A DNA stretch of 63,179 nucleotides from Negaprion brevirostris (lineage: Eukaryota). Made by a program: the position numbers and the translations under genes. Location: positions 5,550,359 through 5,613,537 of the forward strand of contig JARDVH010000133.1 in NCBI GenBank assembly GCA_030324005.1, given 5' to 3'. Positions 35,560 to 48,969 of this stretch are shown piece after piece. The number at the start of each line of letters is the position of its first letter. The stretch's first letter is position 1. Below the pieces are notes generated by a model that had not been told where the DNA came from, did no database searches, and saw nothing but the letters and a program-made list of their open reading frames with translations.

Positions 35560-37085
35560 GATTTCACCTTGTTCTCCAAGCCCTGATCGATATTAGGCCA
35601 TAATATGGCTGGTAACATGACCTTGCTAAACTTTTCATTCGGGAGACACCCGGGTGAATCTCATGAACTTCACCCAAGGCTTGTGGGCCAGGAGGTGGGA
35701 CGACCACCCTGGACCCCTAAAGGATACAATCATCCTGCATACTCGGCTCGTCTTTCCACATTGTATATGGTCTTAAATTCATCATCTTCTGTACCAGTAA
35801 GCCATTCCTGCATAAGGAAACTCTTCTCCTGCCATAGAACTGGATCCTGGTCCGTCCATTGCTTAGTTTGGTTAGCATTCACTGAACGTCTCTCAAGCAA
35901 GAAAATTGTCTCTGGAGGAAATAATGTCTTTATTGGAATACAACTCAATGTGTCTGTGTTTGCATTGTTCTTCACTGCCCTGTACACGTTATACTGGTAA
36001 GCTGACAATATCTGAGCCCAACACTGTATTCTTGCTGAGGCCACAGGAAGAGTGCATTTGGGTTTACTGAAAAGGCTCTTCAATAGCTTTTGGTCAGTCC
36101 ATGTAGTGAATGAACGACCATAAACGTACTGATGAAACGTATTGTTTCAGGGCAAAAACAACGGCTTGATCTTTCTTGTCTACCTGCGAACATCTCTTCT
36201 CAGCTGTTATCCACGTACGTGATGCAAAATCAATGGATTTTTCCTGATGTGTTCTTAATCAGGTGAGAGTGTACTGCCCAACACCACAGAGTGATGCATT
36301 GCATGACAGAATGAGTTCTATGTCTTGATCAAAACAAATTAGCTGATTGTAGCAGTGATTTCACATCCTTGAAAGCTTTCTTTTGTGCTGGCCCTCCCTT
36401 CTATTTTATTTCTTAGTATATTGGATATGGTGGCACCAACACTGCTGAAAGGTCTGGCAGAAACCTCCTGTAGTTATTTACCATGCCCATAAATGGATTT
36501 AGCTGCCTCTTTCTTTACTTAATACACTGAACCTGCCTGTGCGCTACCACTGGCCTTTTGAATATCTTCTGCATTGCTGGCAGCCATTTCCATGTCCTGG
36601 AAATTTATAAAGCCTTCTTGAAAGTCAGTGTGGCATCTCCCAATAAAATGACATTGAATGCTGTTGTTATTAATGCCACACAGACTAGTCTATCCTGGAG
36701 CATGTCTGGCAATACTGCTCCAAACTCTCAACGGTCAGAAAGCTGATGCAATTCAGTAACAAAATTAGCTACAGACTGTCCTGTCTTATTAAAACTACTA
36801 CGCAAATGAACCACTGGACAATCACTGGGGGGTTAGGATTGTGATGATTCTGAACCAAAGCAACAAAAATCCTCAAATGAAACATCCCTCGGTTTCTGTG
36901 GTTACTAAATTCCTCACTAGCATGTAAATCTTTGCCCCATACACATTCAGAAGAATCAAGCCCTTTGTAGCTTCATCTGCAATTCCATTTGCCAAGAAAA
37001 AGTGTTCTAACATTTCCAAATATTCAGTTCAGTCCCTGTTCTCTTCCATAAACTCACTCCTAGTCCTGAACGTAATTACGGCATG
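35560..37085 (-). mobile_element. Ty3/Gypsy relic (gag, RT end/RNase H, start of integrase)
   Basis: Gag: EYLEMLEHFFLANGI...VQNHHNPNPPVIVQ...DMLQDRLVC. RNase H: FASRT...AEKRCSQVDK...FHQYVYGRSFT.WTDQKLLKSLF...SARIQCWAQILSAYQY. Integrase start: HPGVSRMKSLARS. Confidence 0.88.
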
Positions 37086-37129
37086 CTGCTAACCTGTGTT
37101 CTGTAAGTGATCTTACGAGCCTGCTGATC

Positions 37130-37285
37130 AGAGCCCACAACCACCGCTTACACTGCAACAATCACTCCCTCCATCTATGATCCACAGTGACAGCAGTGTG
37201 AACCATCTGCAAGATGCACAGCAGCAATTCAGAAAAGCTCCTTCATAGCACCTTCCAAACCTGTGATCTGTACCACCTAAAAAAA
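37130..37285 (+). mobile_element. LINE family 2 fragment
   Basis: cactccctccatc...gcagtgtgaaccatctgcaagatgcacagcagcaattc. Confidence 0.7.
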
Positions 37286-37339
37286 TATAAAATCCAGCCC
37301 AATGTTTCATGTTGAGTTGCTGGGTGCATTGGCTGATCT

Positions 37340-37610
37340 TTTATATTTATGTTCATGAGATGTGAGCATGGTTGGCAAGGTCAACATTTATTTCCCATCT
37401 GTAACAGCCTTGAGTTGCTACAGTCCGTGCAATATAGGTTTCATCCACATTGTTGTTAGTGAAGGAATGGAAAAATAGTTCCAGATCATGGGGGTCTTTG
37501 AGCTGAAGAGGAGCTTGTAGGTGGTGATGTTCCCATGCATCGGCAGCCTTTGTTCATATAAGCGGTAGAAGTCACAGTTAGTCAGGTGCTATGTAGGAGC
37601 CTTCATGAGT
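37340..37610 (-). mobile_element. LINE family 2 3' end
   Basis: ttcatgagatgtgagcatggttggcaaggtcaacatttatttcccatc. Confidence 0.65.
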
Positions 37611-38083
37611 TGTTTTCCTTCAATGGAAAATATCCTTATATGGGCTACAGATTCGTGCTTGGCCAGGTCACTGAATAAGATAGAATGCCTGAACCACCAT
37701 TATACCCCATCCAATAACAGTCATTCATTTGAAGTCCTGCTCTTGTTGGAAGTTAAAAACTTATATAATTTGTTTTCAACTGTATTTCAAATTCCACTGT
37801 GCTAAATTGTTATGTATTTTAGTTGACCACAAAAACCAGTCACTGCTCTCCTCTCTCTGTTACTATATCTAGGTCTACAACATGCCTGAAATAATTGCAT
37901 GATGTTGTAATAAAAGAGAGGCAGTGCACAGTGAGCAGGGTTAGTCCTGGAAAACTATAAACAATAATGCAGATCTTGGAGATCTGAAAACTGAAAGCAC
38001 ATCTCAGTGAAAATATGTGAGACCAACCAGTCCAGGGTCATGAAGTAGACTGTCCATCGACCAACTGGCTCATTCAAGTTACT

Positions 38084-38878
38084 GGGGTAATTCTCCTTAA
38101 AAAAAAACGTAAAAACTAGAGTACATCCCACTTTTTTTTAAGCGGAATTTTCAAAAGGAATCTCCCACACTCTGAGCACTGCAGAGTGCCACAAGGAGAT
38201 TCATGCTGAAAACCAGGGGGCAGGGCCTATTCCCGCTGGAGACACTGGCAGCATAGTGTGGAGCAGGCCACTGTACGTGCGCCAATCCATCAGCACAGGG
38301 TTTGGCAGTTATGCAGTAGGCCCGTGCTGCCAGCTGTGGCCCAGATGGCCAGCTCCGATCACTACCCACCCTCCCTCAGCCACCAATTTCTAGGTCCCGC
38401 CTCAAGTAGGCCCCAACCACTGGCTCCCCCCTCATGGCACTGCACAATGCCTGGTGGGCATTGCTAAGGTCCCAGGCTGAGACTGCCAGGCTGGCAATGC
38501 CCCAGGGCCACCCCCCAACTCCCGACCTCCTGATGGGGCAGGCCTCTATGGCCTCCCTTCAGTCCAGCAGGGTCAGGTTGTCAGTTCCCCAGAAGTGGGG
38601 AGCTGTTATAAATCCCATTGGAGTAAACCACTCCCCGTGGGGGTGAGACACTAGCTGGCCCAGGACTGAAATCTCCAGACTGCAGTCCCCAGCCCGCTAA
38701 TAAGATAGTAATGCTGATTTTAATATTTAAATCAGCTCCACGCCAACTTCCAGAAATGCTGGCCCCGGCGAAGCGCAGAGGCTGTGGCGCCCAATGGAAG
38801 CCCACTAAATGGCCTCTGCTGATGTCTCCCCAGCTGTTGGGCTGCTACAGCAGTGCAGCAGACTTGGAGAATCGCCCT
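38084..38878 (+). mobile_element. Harbinger-type MITE
   Basis: TIRs ggggtaattctcc and ggagaatcgccct. Shares tttcaaaa.gaatctcccacactctgagca.tgcagag...cagggcctattccc with 17750-17835. Confidence 0.75.
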
Positions 38879-40479
38879 CACAGTTTGTAATAAATAGTCT
38901 GAATTGAAATATATCTAATTTTACACACGCAGCATTTTAAATAGAGAACAGATCACACTTCAATCCCTGGCAACAGCTACTTAGCTCAATGGAATGTGTC
39001 CAATCACTTTTCTCAATCTTTGTAAATTACAGACAACAAAAGACCACAGTAATGTTTGCAGTGAAATAGAAGAGTCAATGTTTGTACAATGTAAGCATGG
39101 AATCGGGAAACTACAGCGAGTTTTGTTCCAGGCGCGATGATTCGCATTCTTTTGTTGCAGTTTGGTGGTTAAACATTTGTGTAAATGACGTGATTCATCA
39201 ATAAATGTAGTGTCAAGTTATTTGCAGACACAGAAAACTGCAACCACTTGTACAGATATAGCAGGAAAAATTAAACATGTTGGATGTGACAATGATTTGG
39301 GGAACTCAGGTCTAAAGGCACGGTTTCAATTTCTCAACATCTAGTCTGATCTAGACTTACCAGCTTACTAAGATTGCACGTAAAGAACGTGGCAGCATAG
39401 ACTACATTATATGGTGTCAAGATGATGATGTGTAGATGTGGAATATTAATCTTTAATTTCATTGGCTGGTCAAAATATATATTGACCTACATTGAAAGAA
39501 TTTTTATTCCCAGCAAAAACATTGACTTAGGATGGCTGCCACAGGTCTGGTATTACAAGTTGGTCAGTTTCTGGAAGTTTCCAATGTGGGTTATAACTAG
39601 GACATGCCAAGGCAAATCTCCTATGAATTTCACACCTGCTGATATCAAAACTTAACTCCAAGTTGAAACAGATATCACTATCACCATTTGAACTTCTATA
39701 AAACCACATTTCAGGCAGAGACAGAAAGTCTATGCGACAATGGCTACATAGGTGTTGATAATGTTCTTCCTAGTGTAGCAAAGGAAAGAATTCAAAGGTA
39801 ATGAAGGAACATTTTTAAAAAAATGAATCACCTAGTTCATAACATAATGGCAAAGGTCTGTCCAGGCATAGGCCAATCAACTGGCTTCTGTAAAATGCTT
39901 AATTCATGATGTAGAGGTAGGTAATGTGACCAGAGTTACCATTTTGAAAAGTATTTTATTTTAACATCTTAGTTCCTTCTGGTAGTCTGAAGAAAATGTC
40001 AACAAATGGAGAAATGACAGCATCTCTCCCTGCTATTCTCAAATTCTGATCCATGTCTCTGTTACTGTTTAAAATACATCAGAGAGATAATGAACTTGAA
40101 GGACACTTCAAAATCCCAAAGTGGTGTTTCCAGGGGGGTAAAAAACCAGACCATTGTTTAAAAAACTGCCTCAGTGAGGAAGTCAAACTCTCTATATTCT
40201 TGCTTTTTAACACTGAAGCTTAATTGGACCAAATATTAGCCTCCTTGATTGCATAACTTGTAATTCTGCGCGTGTATGCGTGTAGGTATGGACATGGGTA
40301 TACCTTCTTTAAATATCTCTCCCTGGGTGGGTTTTTAACACAATAACAAACCCTTTGTGGATAAGTTCAAGAAAGCCTGTTGGACTGAGTTCTTTGTGAT
40401 CAGCAGATGAACAGTTAAGAGCAGACACTGCATTAATACCTTCAACCTCATGAGCTACACAAACCCTGCTAGGATTAAT

Positions 40480-41230
40480 CAAGGTGTGGAAAAGAAAGGC
40501 CCAGTCCTGGCATTTGGCCTCACTGGTTGGAATAACAGGATATATGATACACGAACAAGCCAACTGTCCCAAATACACCAAAGTTCATCCTTCACTTGAA
40601 CCTCCTCCCATATTTCCACATCTAAATCTATCATCGTTCACCTTCTATCCCCTTCTCTCACACATCCTTGTCCAACTTTTTCTTAAAGCATCCTTGACTA
40701 GTTTCTGCGGCAGCAAATTCCACATTCTCACCACTCTTCAGATAAAGAAGTTTCTTGTGAATTCCCTATTGGATTTCTTGGTGCCTATTCTACATCGATA
40801 GCCTCTGGCTATGCTCTTCACAACTAGAGGAAGCATTCTTCCACTATCCACTCTAAGAAAACATTTTATAAGTATGAAGACCTCTATTAGGTCACCCGTC
40901 TGCTTTTTTTCCCCAAGAGAAATGAAACCCAGACTGTCAAGTCTTTGTATTCTGCTCACATTTCTAGTATCAACCTTGTAAATCTTCCCTGCACTCTCCA
41001 GCGTCTCTATACCCTTTCAAAGCACGGTATTCTAAATCTAATCTAACCAAGATTTGATGTAGATTGAGCAAATTAACGCTACTTTTCAATTCCTTCCTTC
41101 TGGAAATGAAGCTTAGTGCTTCGTTTGCTTTTTTTTGTGATTCTCCTAAGCTATGGTGCCACAATTTGTGATAGTGTATTTGTATTTCCTTTGTTCCTCT
41201 ACGCCATCTTCAGTTACACCTTCCAATATG
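40480..41230 (-). mobile_element. CR1 LINE 3' part, decayed
   Basis: KKANEALSFISR..ELKS...ILVRLDLEY; GDLIEVFILIK..LRVD. Confidence 0.8.
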
Positions 41231-43168
41231 TGATTGAATAAATTAAATGTTCCCCAGTGCATTCTACATAAAAAATATCTTAAGACCATTCACAGAGAGG
41301 AAATGAACACAGAGCAGTAATTCAATGGTTGGCAGAGATGAGCAAAATCATGACTAAAAAGGGATTTGGAAAGAAGTTTTGTAGAGAATTAAGGGAGGGG
41401 TTTTAAACGTTAGGCCTAGATGACTGTCATGGGGTAGGAGGGAGCAGACTGGAAGATTGAAGAGTACAGGATAAGGAAGAATACAGAGGTTGTGCAGTGA
41501 TTTATAAATGACAAAATGGATTTTGAGCTTAATGTTTTGGGGACAATAAGTGGGGCGGATGGAGATTGGGAAAATAGGCACAGCAAAGGTTTTGCTCTTT
41601 TTTTTGAAAGTCCATTGTGAAGAATTTCAAATCAGAACAGCATGTGAGGGAGCTGTCAGAACCCAACATTGCTCTCAGGATCTCAACTGCTTTGCAGATA
41701 GATCCTCAGTTCAACTGGGCTTTTGTACCTACTATGAACAAAGCAACTTTTACATATAAACATTCACAGAGATACACAGCAACTTGTGGACAAATCTAGA
41801 AAGAAACTGAAACTGTGAAATACAGCAAATAGATATTGAATTTCATATATCAGTGGGAGGAGGATTCATGTTTTTCCCTCCTTTCAATGGTCAACCTCTG
41901 TTTAAAATTTACAACGGGGCAACCATGAAGCAAAAGCTAGCAGATTTTATATCTCTTGGTGTGAGAGGCCTGTGCAAATGCAACCATTGAGATTGGACGT
42001 TTAAATGTTAGTAATGAAACGAACGCAGGCTACCAAAATTGCAGACGTTTTTAAGTTAGTATCCAGCAACAGAAAATAACATGCTGGTAAGGCAACAAAC
42101 AAAGACAAATCTGATTAAGACAGAGAGAGAGAGTTGATGCTGTTATAAAGCACACATTGTCCCCTCATGGAATGAATAGAGTCTGAAGACCAGAATTTGA
42201 AAATCTATACTGTTAAACATTCTCCACTGTTTTCTCCAGCATGTCTGATACTGGAAGAGCAGAACCCTATTCATCTCTTTCCACAAGCTTCTACTTCCCA
42301 GTCTCAGGTTTTATATTTTTCAAGTCCTACATACAGACTGGTTTGACTACCATTTTCTTGATTGTACGCTGCTGTACCAATTGTGGCTGTTATCCCTCCC
42401 ATCCTTTGCTTTATCCTTTTGTCACTTGTATGGTGGGAGGCGCTGGATGCAATGAATAATCCAAATCCAATTGGTAATTCTTACTTTCTCTCTGTCTTCC
42501 TACTTGTATTTGTTTGAAAATTAGCCTGTAAAAGACTGTACCAATGTTCCAGAGTTTGTCCTTTTTTTGTATAAAATCAAAAATCTTCAGTAAAAATACA
42601 ATTTAAAAAAATATTTAATGAATTACGGCAGAGAGGCTGCTGAATTCAGTGGTGCTAACCTTGCACAGTATGGGGGACAGCTCTGGGTGGGGAAGTGATG
42701 GATGGGCGCCTCTCATATCTTGTGTTCCACGACTGAAAATATGCCCAGCAGGGGCCGTGAAATCCAGCCCTATGTCTCGTGAGGCTAATGAAAACAATGA
42801 CACATTTCCTCTTTCTTCTCTGTCCTCTAACATCAGCTTAAAATTTATGGCACAGAGGATGCAATTTGCTTCCTGCTTTTCCTTACATGATTGCATTGCT
42901 GCAGTAAGAAGATGAAAACAAAAATTTGGTTAAAGAGACAGGGGAAGAAAGACAGCAGCTAGAAATGACTCAGGTCTTCCTTGTTCTCAAAAAAATTGCT
43001 ACAAATATCCAGGTTTGTAAAGGTCCACTGGCAAAGATGTACCCCCAAAATATTAATGTGTCTTTTCTCTTTACAGCTGCGGACTGATCTGTTGTGCAAT
43101 TGCAAAATAGGGAGGATTTTTCCTTTTCAATTGCTCACTACCATGTGCTGAGATTATCAATTTCTTAC

Positions 43169-43225
43169 CTTCCAAAGATGGTGTGCTTCTTGTCCAGATA
43201 GATACATGAACGGAATGTGATGAAG
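43169..43225 (-). CDS. PPIL2: PPIL2 next exon (57 bp)
   Basis: ttttctcag|C TTC ATC...GGA AG|gtaag translates (F)FITFRSCIYLDKKHTIFGR. Phase-compatible with the previous exon (TT|C = Phe). Intron is 43226-44544. Confidence 0.95.
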
Positions 43226-44544
43226 CTGAGAAAACAGAAGAGACCATTATAAAAACAGTCCTGAGCTGTGGTTGTCATTTTTTGACATCCATTGTAAAGC
43301 TGTTTTAATTTGAGTGTAAATAGAAACAGTGAATGATTGAGCAGCAAGAGGAACAAATTAAACCAAAAGATAAGCCACAATTTAAAAAAAAAGCTTTTAT
43401 CTCCAGGTTTAAAGAATCTTAAAAAAGGACACTCACGTATATAAGCCAGAAACTAATAGTCTCTCTAGGTAGAAAGATAGATAGGTTTAATGTTTAATAC
43501 CTGTTAAACAAACACTTTCTTTATGGCTATTATTGGTCGATAGTTAAAAAGGTTTTAATTATAGGGTAAAGGCTTCATTTACTACAAAACCCATTATCTG
43601 CTTTTCTGAAGTTTGTGATTAGACAACTGGTAGAAGCAGCACTAAAAAAGTATACCTATCAGTTTTGAATGTAAATGTTGAATATTTGGATCTGATCCTT
43701 TGAAATTTAATGACATTATAATGACTTCCAATTTGGTTGCTCTAATGGAGATGTGGCGTCCAACAGTGAACTCATTTCCTTTGTTGCATTTCCCACTATT
43801 CCATCCATTTAATAAAGCAAAATCTTTACTATTTCTCATTATTCAGTAGATATTAATTAAGGTCTTAAAGATTTTTTAAGTAAACATTGTGCATAAAGAA
43901 TGTGACCATATTACAAACTAGATTCAGATTGCCTAACCCTACGACACATTTCCCCTGCTAAACTCAGTAACCATAAAGGGTAGGACAGTTCTACTTAAAC
44001 ATTAGACTATAACTGCAGTCTCACTATGCACAAGATGCACCAAGTTTACCAATAAATAATTCTGTTTTTATTTTTGTCCTTCTGATAGCTTCTTTGCTCA
44101 GAGGACAGGCACTGGTCTCTTCCCAAGTCTCTGCCAAAGAGTCCTGCTCTTAAGGGTTTTTGATGATTTGGGTTACTTCTGGGAAACATTTACTGGTATA
44201 ATAAAATCATATAATAACTTTGCTGAATTGAACAACTCACCATGTTACCAGAAACTAATGGACTAATTCAGTCCAGTGAATGACTGATATCAAGGTAGCT
44301 GGTATATATTTCATGCCTGCATTACGTGGAATTCTCATTCGGTGTTTCATGTCGAGGGAACCATAATCATGCAGTTTTTCTCTTTGAAGTGAAGTAGTCA
44401 AAATGTTTGAAATAATAAATTTCAGGAAGGGAATTTTATGAAACTGTTGCGTTCAATACACTTAACAAAAAACAGTTCGCAACTACCTTGGTTCACTTGA
44501 AGGATCCAAACAATGAAAATGGTGATCATTAGAAAGGTACTTAC

Positions 44545-44662
44545 AACTGGGACTTGTTGGTATTGGGTCCTGAATTGGCCATGCTCAGGATGCCTCGGCC
44601 TGCATGTGAGAGGTTGTGTTTGAATTCATCCTTGAAAGGTTTTCCCCAGTATGACTCCCCAC
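44545..44662 (-). CDS. PPIL2: PPIL2 internal exon, cyclophilin domain (118 bp)
   Basis: Minus strand reads cttcag|GT GGG GAG...CAG TT|gtaagt and translates [40 protein letters not shown]. This closely matches vertebrate PPIL2 as I recall it ([40 protein letters not shown]). Canonical AG/GT sites, no stops. Confidence 0.95.
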
Positions 44663-44699
44663 CTGAAGGAATAGAGGGAGAAACATATTGATATAACAA

Positions 44700-44830
44700 G
44701 CCCTAATGAAACATCACCAACCTCAAATATTAACTCCTCCTCTCTGAACAGATGCTGCCAAACTGATGAGCATTTTTAGCACTTCATGTTTTTATTTCAG
44801 ATTTCCAGCCTCCGCAATATTCTTCTCTTG
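44700..44830 (+). mobile_element. Penelope-like terminal fragment (second family)
   Basis: attaactcctcctctctgaacagatgctgcc...tttttatttcagatttccagc; related fragments near 43040 and 62900. Confidence 0.5.
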
Positions 44831-45389
44831 ATATCTTCCAAGTTTACCATCAGGGCTTTCAATAAGCAGTTCATATTTCATACTATGGTCATAAAAACAT
44901 CATTGCAGCTTTTAGAAGGGAATTCAGTCCCACAATTCTGCACTGTTGCTCTCCTAAAGCACCTGGATGCGGATCACCATCACTTGCGGCGCACTGCATG
45001 ATGAATGAGTTTTTGCACTTTTCAAAGTAGTATTTTGTTTTTGAATGTGTTGTGGAAAAATCCGGCAATTCCGTAGCAATGTAGGTAGATCATCATTATC
45101 ACAAATGTTAATGTTATCCAACAACAGTAAACGCAAGTACAGCTTCAGTGGCTGCTGCTGTATTTAAGCAAAATTTTTGGAGACTGCTTTTGTCTTGTCA
45201 CTCATAAGAAGGGTTCTGATCATGCATTTGTTTCTTGTAAATTGTGGATGTCAGTTCACCAACCAACGATTATGGTAATTAGCAGCGAGAAGACTTTAAT
45301 TGTCAGTTGCATTTCACTTCTTAGTGAGGCTATAATGGGCACGCAGTATTGAGTTTTACCCTCAAATTATGCTAATTGCATCATAAGAT

Positions 45390-46890
45390 TTAGATTAGCT
45401 TTCGAAAAAGACAAAGAGCAATCCAAAGTAAAAACAATGAATTGGCTAACGGTTAAATATACCGAATTGACTATGGGTCTGTCCTGCCCCAGTTAAGTTG
45501 GAAGTAAAAGTTGACAGGCAGTTCTGTACATTCTACATGGGGGAAAATCGGAGGTCTCTGGGTGACAAAACAGATGGAGAGTAAGATGAATTAGTAAAGA
45601 AGTTGCATATGTTAGATGTCAGATTGTTAATGAAAGTTAGAACCAGGATGACTAGACAATTCAGAAAAGCAGTGGAAAGGGAAATCAGCAAGGCAAAGAC
45701 AGTTAATAAGAGATTGACAGCTAACATAGAGCGGAATCCAAAAGTAATTTATTATCATATAAACAGCAAAAGAATAGTCACCAATAAGGGACCAAAAAGG
45801 GAATCTATGCATGGAAGCGTAGGGCATGGCTTTGATACTGAAAGTACTGCATGTGCATGTGTGTACGTCTTTCTTTACTAAGAAAGATGATACTGCCAAA
45901 GTCACCATGAAGGGAGAGATAATTAATCCACACTTGTCCAAGTGACTGTTAATTAGGACACGAGATGGACTGCTACATTAACTTATATCAATGATTTAGA
46001 TGAAGGGACCAAATAAAATGTATCCAAGTTAGCTGATGACACACAGTGGGAAAGTAAACTATGAGGAGGAATCAAAGTGACTGCAGAGGGATATAGACAA
46101 TGTGGGAAAATGTGAAGTTATCCACTTTGGGAAAAAAGCAGAATCTTTTTTAACTGGTGAGAGACTGGGAAATATTGGTATTCAGAGAGACCTGAGTGCT
46201 TTTGCACACAAATTTCCGAAAGTTAAAGTGCAGCAAGCAGTTTGAAAAGCAAATAATATCAGTCTTTGTTACAAAGGGATTAGTGTATTTTTTAAAATTT
46301 GTTTAAACGTTGCGAACGCCACTGGCAAGGCCAGAAGTGAAGACATTTTCCTGTAATTTTGTAAGGTTTTGGTGAGGCCGTACCAGAAGTAGTCCAGTTT
46401 GGTCTCCTTAAATACTAGCTTTGAAGGGAGCATAACAAAGCTTCACTGGATTGATTCCTATGATGGTAGAATTGTCCAATGATGAAAGGTGGAGTTGACT
46501 GGGACTATGATTCATAAAACATAGATGAACGAACGAATGATGACATTGAGCTTTATAAAATTCCTAAAGGACTTTATTAGATAAAGAAAGTGGAGAAAGA
46601 TGGAAATCTAGAATTAGGAGTCACTGAATAAGGGATTAACCATTTACGATTGAGATGAGAAGAAATTTCTTCACTCATAGCATTGTGAATCTTTAGAATT
46701 TTCTACCTCACCTACTGCAGATGCTCAGTTTATCCAAGATCAATACTATGGGAATTAAGGCAAATGGCAATAGTGTGGGGAGGTGGAATTGAATTAGGAG
46801 ATCATCCATGATCATTGAATAGCGATGCAGGTTTGTGTTATGCAATGACTTATTCCAGATTTGAGTTCATATGATCTCATGTTCTTACTA
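45390..46890 (+). mobile_element. CR1 LINE, decayed and internally deleted
   Basis: FRKAVERE..KRLTANIERNPKVIYYHINSKRI; YINDLDEG..SKLADDT (RT catalytic motif); 3' tail atgttctta. Confidence 0.85.
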
Positions 46891-47391
46891 ACCTCCTGTC
46901 ATATCTCAAAGTACTCACATTCGAACCCAAAATGTGATTTTCTGAAAGAAATTAATCTAATTTGCAGCTGATGGACTCATTTTCTTCGGAGTATCAAAAC
47001 AATTAGGCACCGAAAATTGTCTCCCAGCACTACTCGTTAACAAGACTGATGTGCATTATCAAGACAAATAAAAAAGAACCTCTTGAAAGAATTCTGAATT
47101 GGGACTCTGCAGCTTCACTGGTCTCCAAAGTCATGTCATACAGGATCCTGGTGGTGTGACATTTCCAGGTCTAAGAGTTGAAAATCTAACAATTTTGTGA
47201 GCACTAAGTTCAATAGGGAGTCTTGAACCAAGCAAGGACTTTATCAGATTTGACATGACCAACAGTAGAGCAGCATAAATTTGTCTGGCAATTTACTCCC
47301 CAAATTCCTGGATTTTTAATAATGATGAATCAATGTATCATTACAATGATGTTATTATTTCAGAAATTTTTGCTCCAATAAAGATTAAACA

Positions 47392-47661
47392 CAGAATCTC
47401 TACAGCGCTGAAGGGGGCCATTCAGCCCATCAAGTCTGCACCAACTCTCCGAAATCCACCTACACTAGACATTTTTGGATACTAAGGGGAAATTTAGCAT
47501 GGCCAACCCACCTAACCTGCATATCTTTGGACTGTGGGAGCAAACTGGCAGACACGGAGGAAGCCCACACAAAAGATACAAACTCCACGCAGACTGTCAC
47601 TCAAGGTTGGAATCAAACCCTGGCGCTGTGAGGCAGCAATGCTAATCACTGTGCTAACCAT
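47392..47661 (-). mobile_element. HE1/V-SINE, CR1-type tail
   Basis: V-SINE core in reverse complement. Confidence 0.85.
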
Positions 47662-48969
47662 TGAAATTTGTCAAGGAGCAAGAATTAAAAACTCAAGTTT
47701 GCAGCAATAACAAATGCAGTTGAATTTAAAAAAGTATTACATATAACTACACAGAATACATAAGAGAAACTTTAGAGAATACATTTTGTTCACTATCACT
47801 GTGCGAAAGTGTGGACACGTGTCTGCGTGTGAGCTGGTGTATGCGTCCGTGTATTTAAACTTAATGTTTATTAATAGGTACTCTGCAGTGCGCTGATAAT
47901 AAATCGGAGATTTTTAAATTAACAATAGAACGTTTTACCTTGTAATATCACTAAATTTCCCAAAGAATTGTTTGTGGTGAATCAAAGGACATAAAAACTC
48001 TTAGGGTGTGACCTTCTTTTAAGCAGGATTGATGTACATGAAATGGGAGCATTTCTTGGGTAGGCCTCTAGGCAATTTGAGTCCAATGGAAAAGTATGAC
48101 ATTTTGAACTCTCTGCAGTTCAGCACTTCTGGTTATATTTTTACAGTAAAGATTTGGAATTTTTAGTGCTGGTATTTTATTCTCAATAGATTTTTTTTTA
48201 AAACTCCCAGATAAAGGACAATTAATATGCTAAACAGAAGTTGTTTTCCCCACAGGTTAAACTTGTTAGCTTGACTGGATAATTGGAGCAACACCCTTCA
48301 ATCATTGTGCTGGATAATGCGTTGAAATCAGTCTGTCTGGGAAAGGTAGGGTTATGAAGACAGAAGCATTTATCAAAAGTTAGCCTACTTTGCTGGGGAC
48401 AATGCAAGGCAGTCAGGATACAGGAGACTGGAGGAAGAGGTGGCCTTGTATTGGAATGCTTGGTAAAATACTTAAGTTTTATTTTGGTTAAGTAAGACCA
48501 CCTACAGAAATGTGGGCAGCATATCATGTTGTTTATTTTCAAATNNNNNNNNNNATAATTATGTGACGATAACCTTTTTTAACTTAAGTGAATCTGATCA
48601 TACCTACTGCTCTGTACATCTGCCTTACACTGCCTATCCATCATCATTAAGGCACTAGTTCAGGTCTGCAGCTTAATAATCACTATTATTTAATTCCAGT
48701 CTTTCATTGATGGAATTCAAATTCTACCATCAGCTTCAGTATGGTTTCTTAACTTGACTAATATTCCTCTGAGCTCTTTTGGCTCCTTTGTTCCAAACAA
48801 CCAAATTTACTCTCCTACATGTTTTCCCCAATCTCAACACCTTCACTGAATTGCAATTTATCTTAGAAATCTCCCATAGTTCACTGTTTTTTTTCTCCCT
48901 CTGCAAAAGGACATGACTTGTTGGATCAAGAGCAGACAAGATGTTTTTGGGACTTGGGCTCTCATTTGA

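Noticed and set aside
42400-42612. Possible L1-like 3' end with A-rich tail
   Set aside because: Only compositional evidence; no coding motif.
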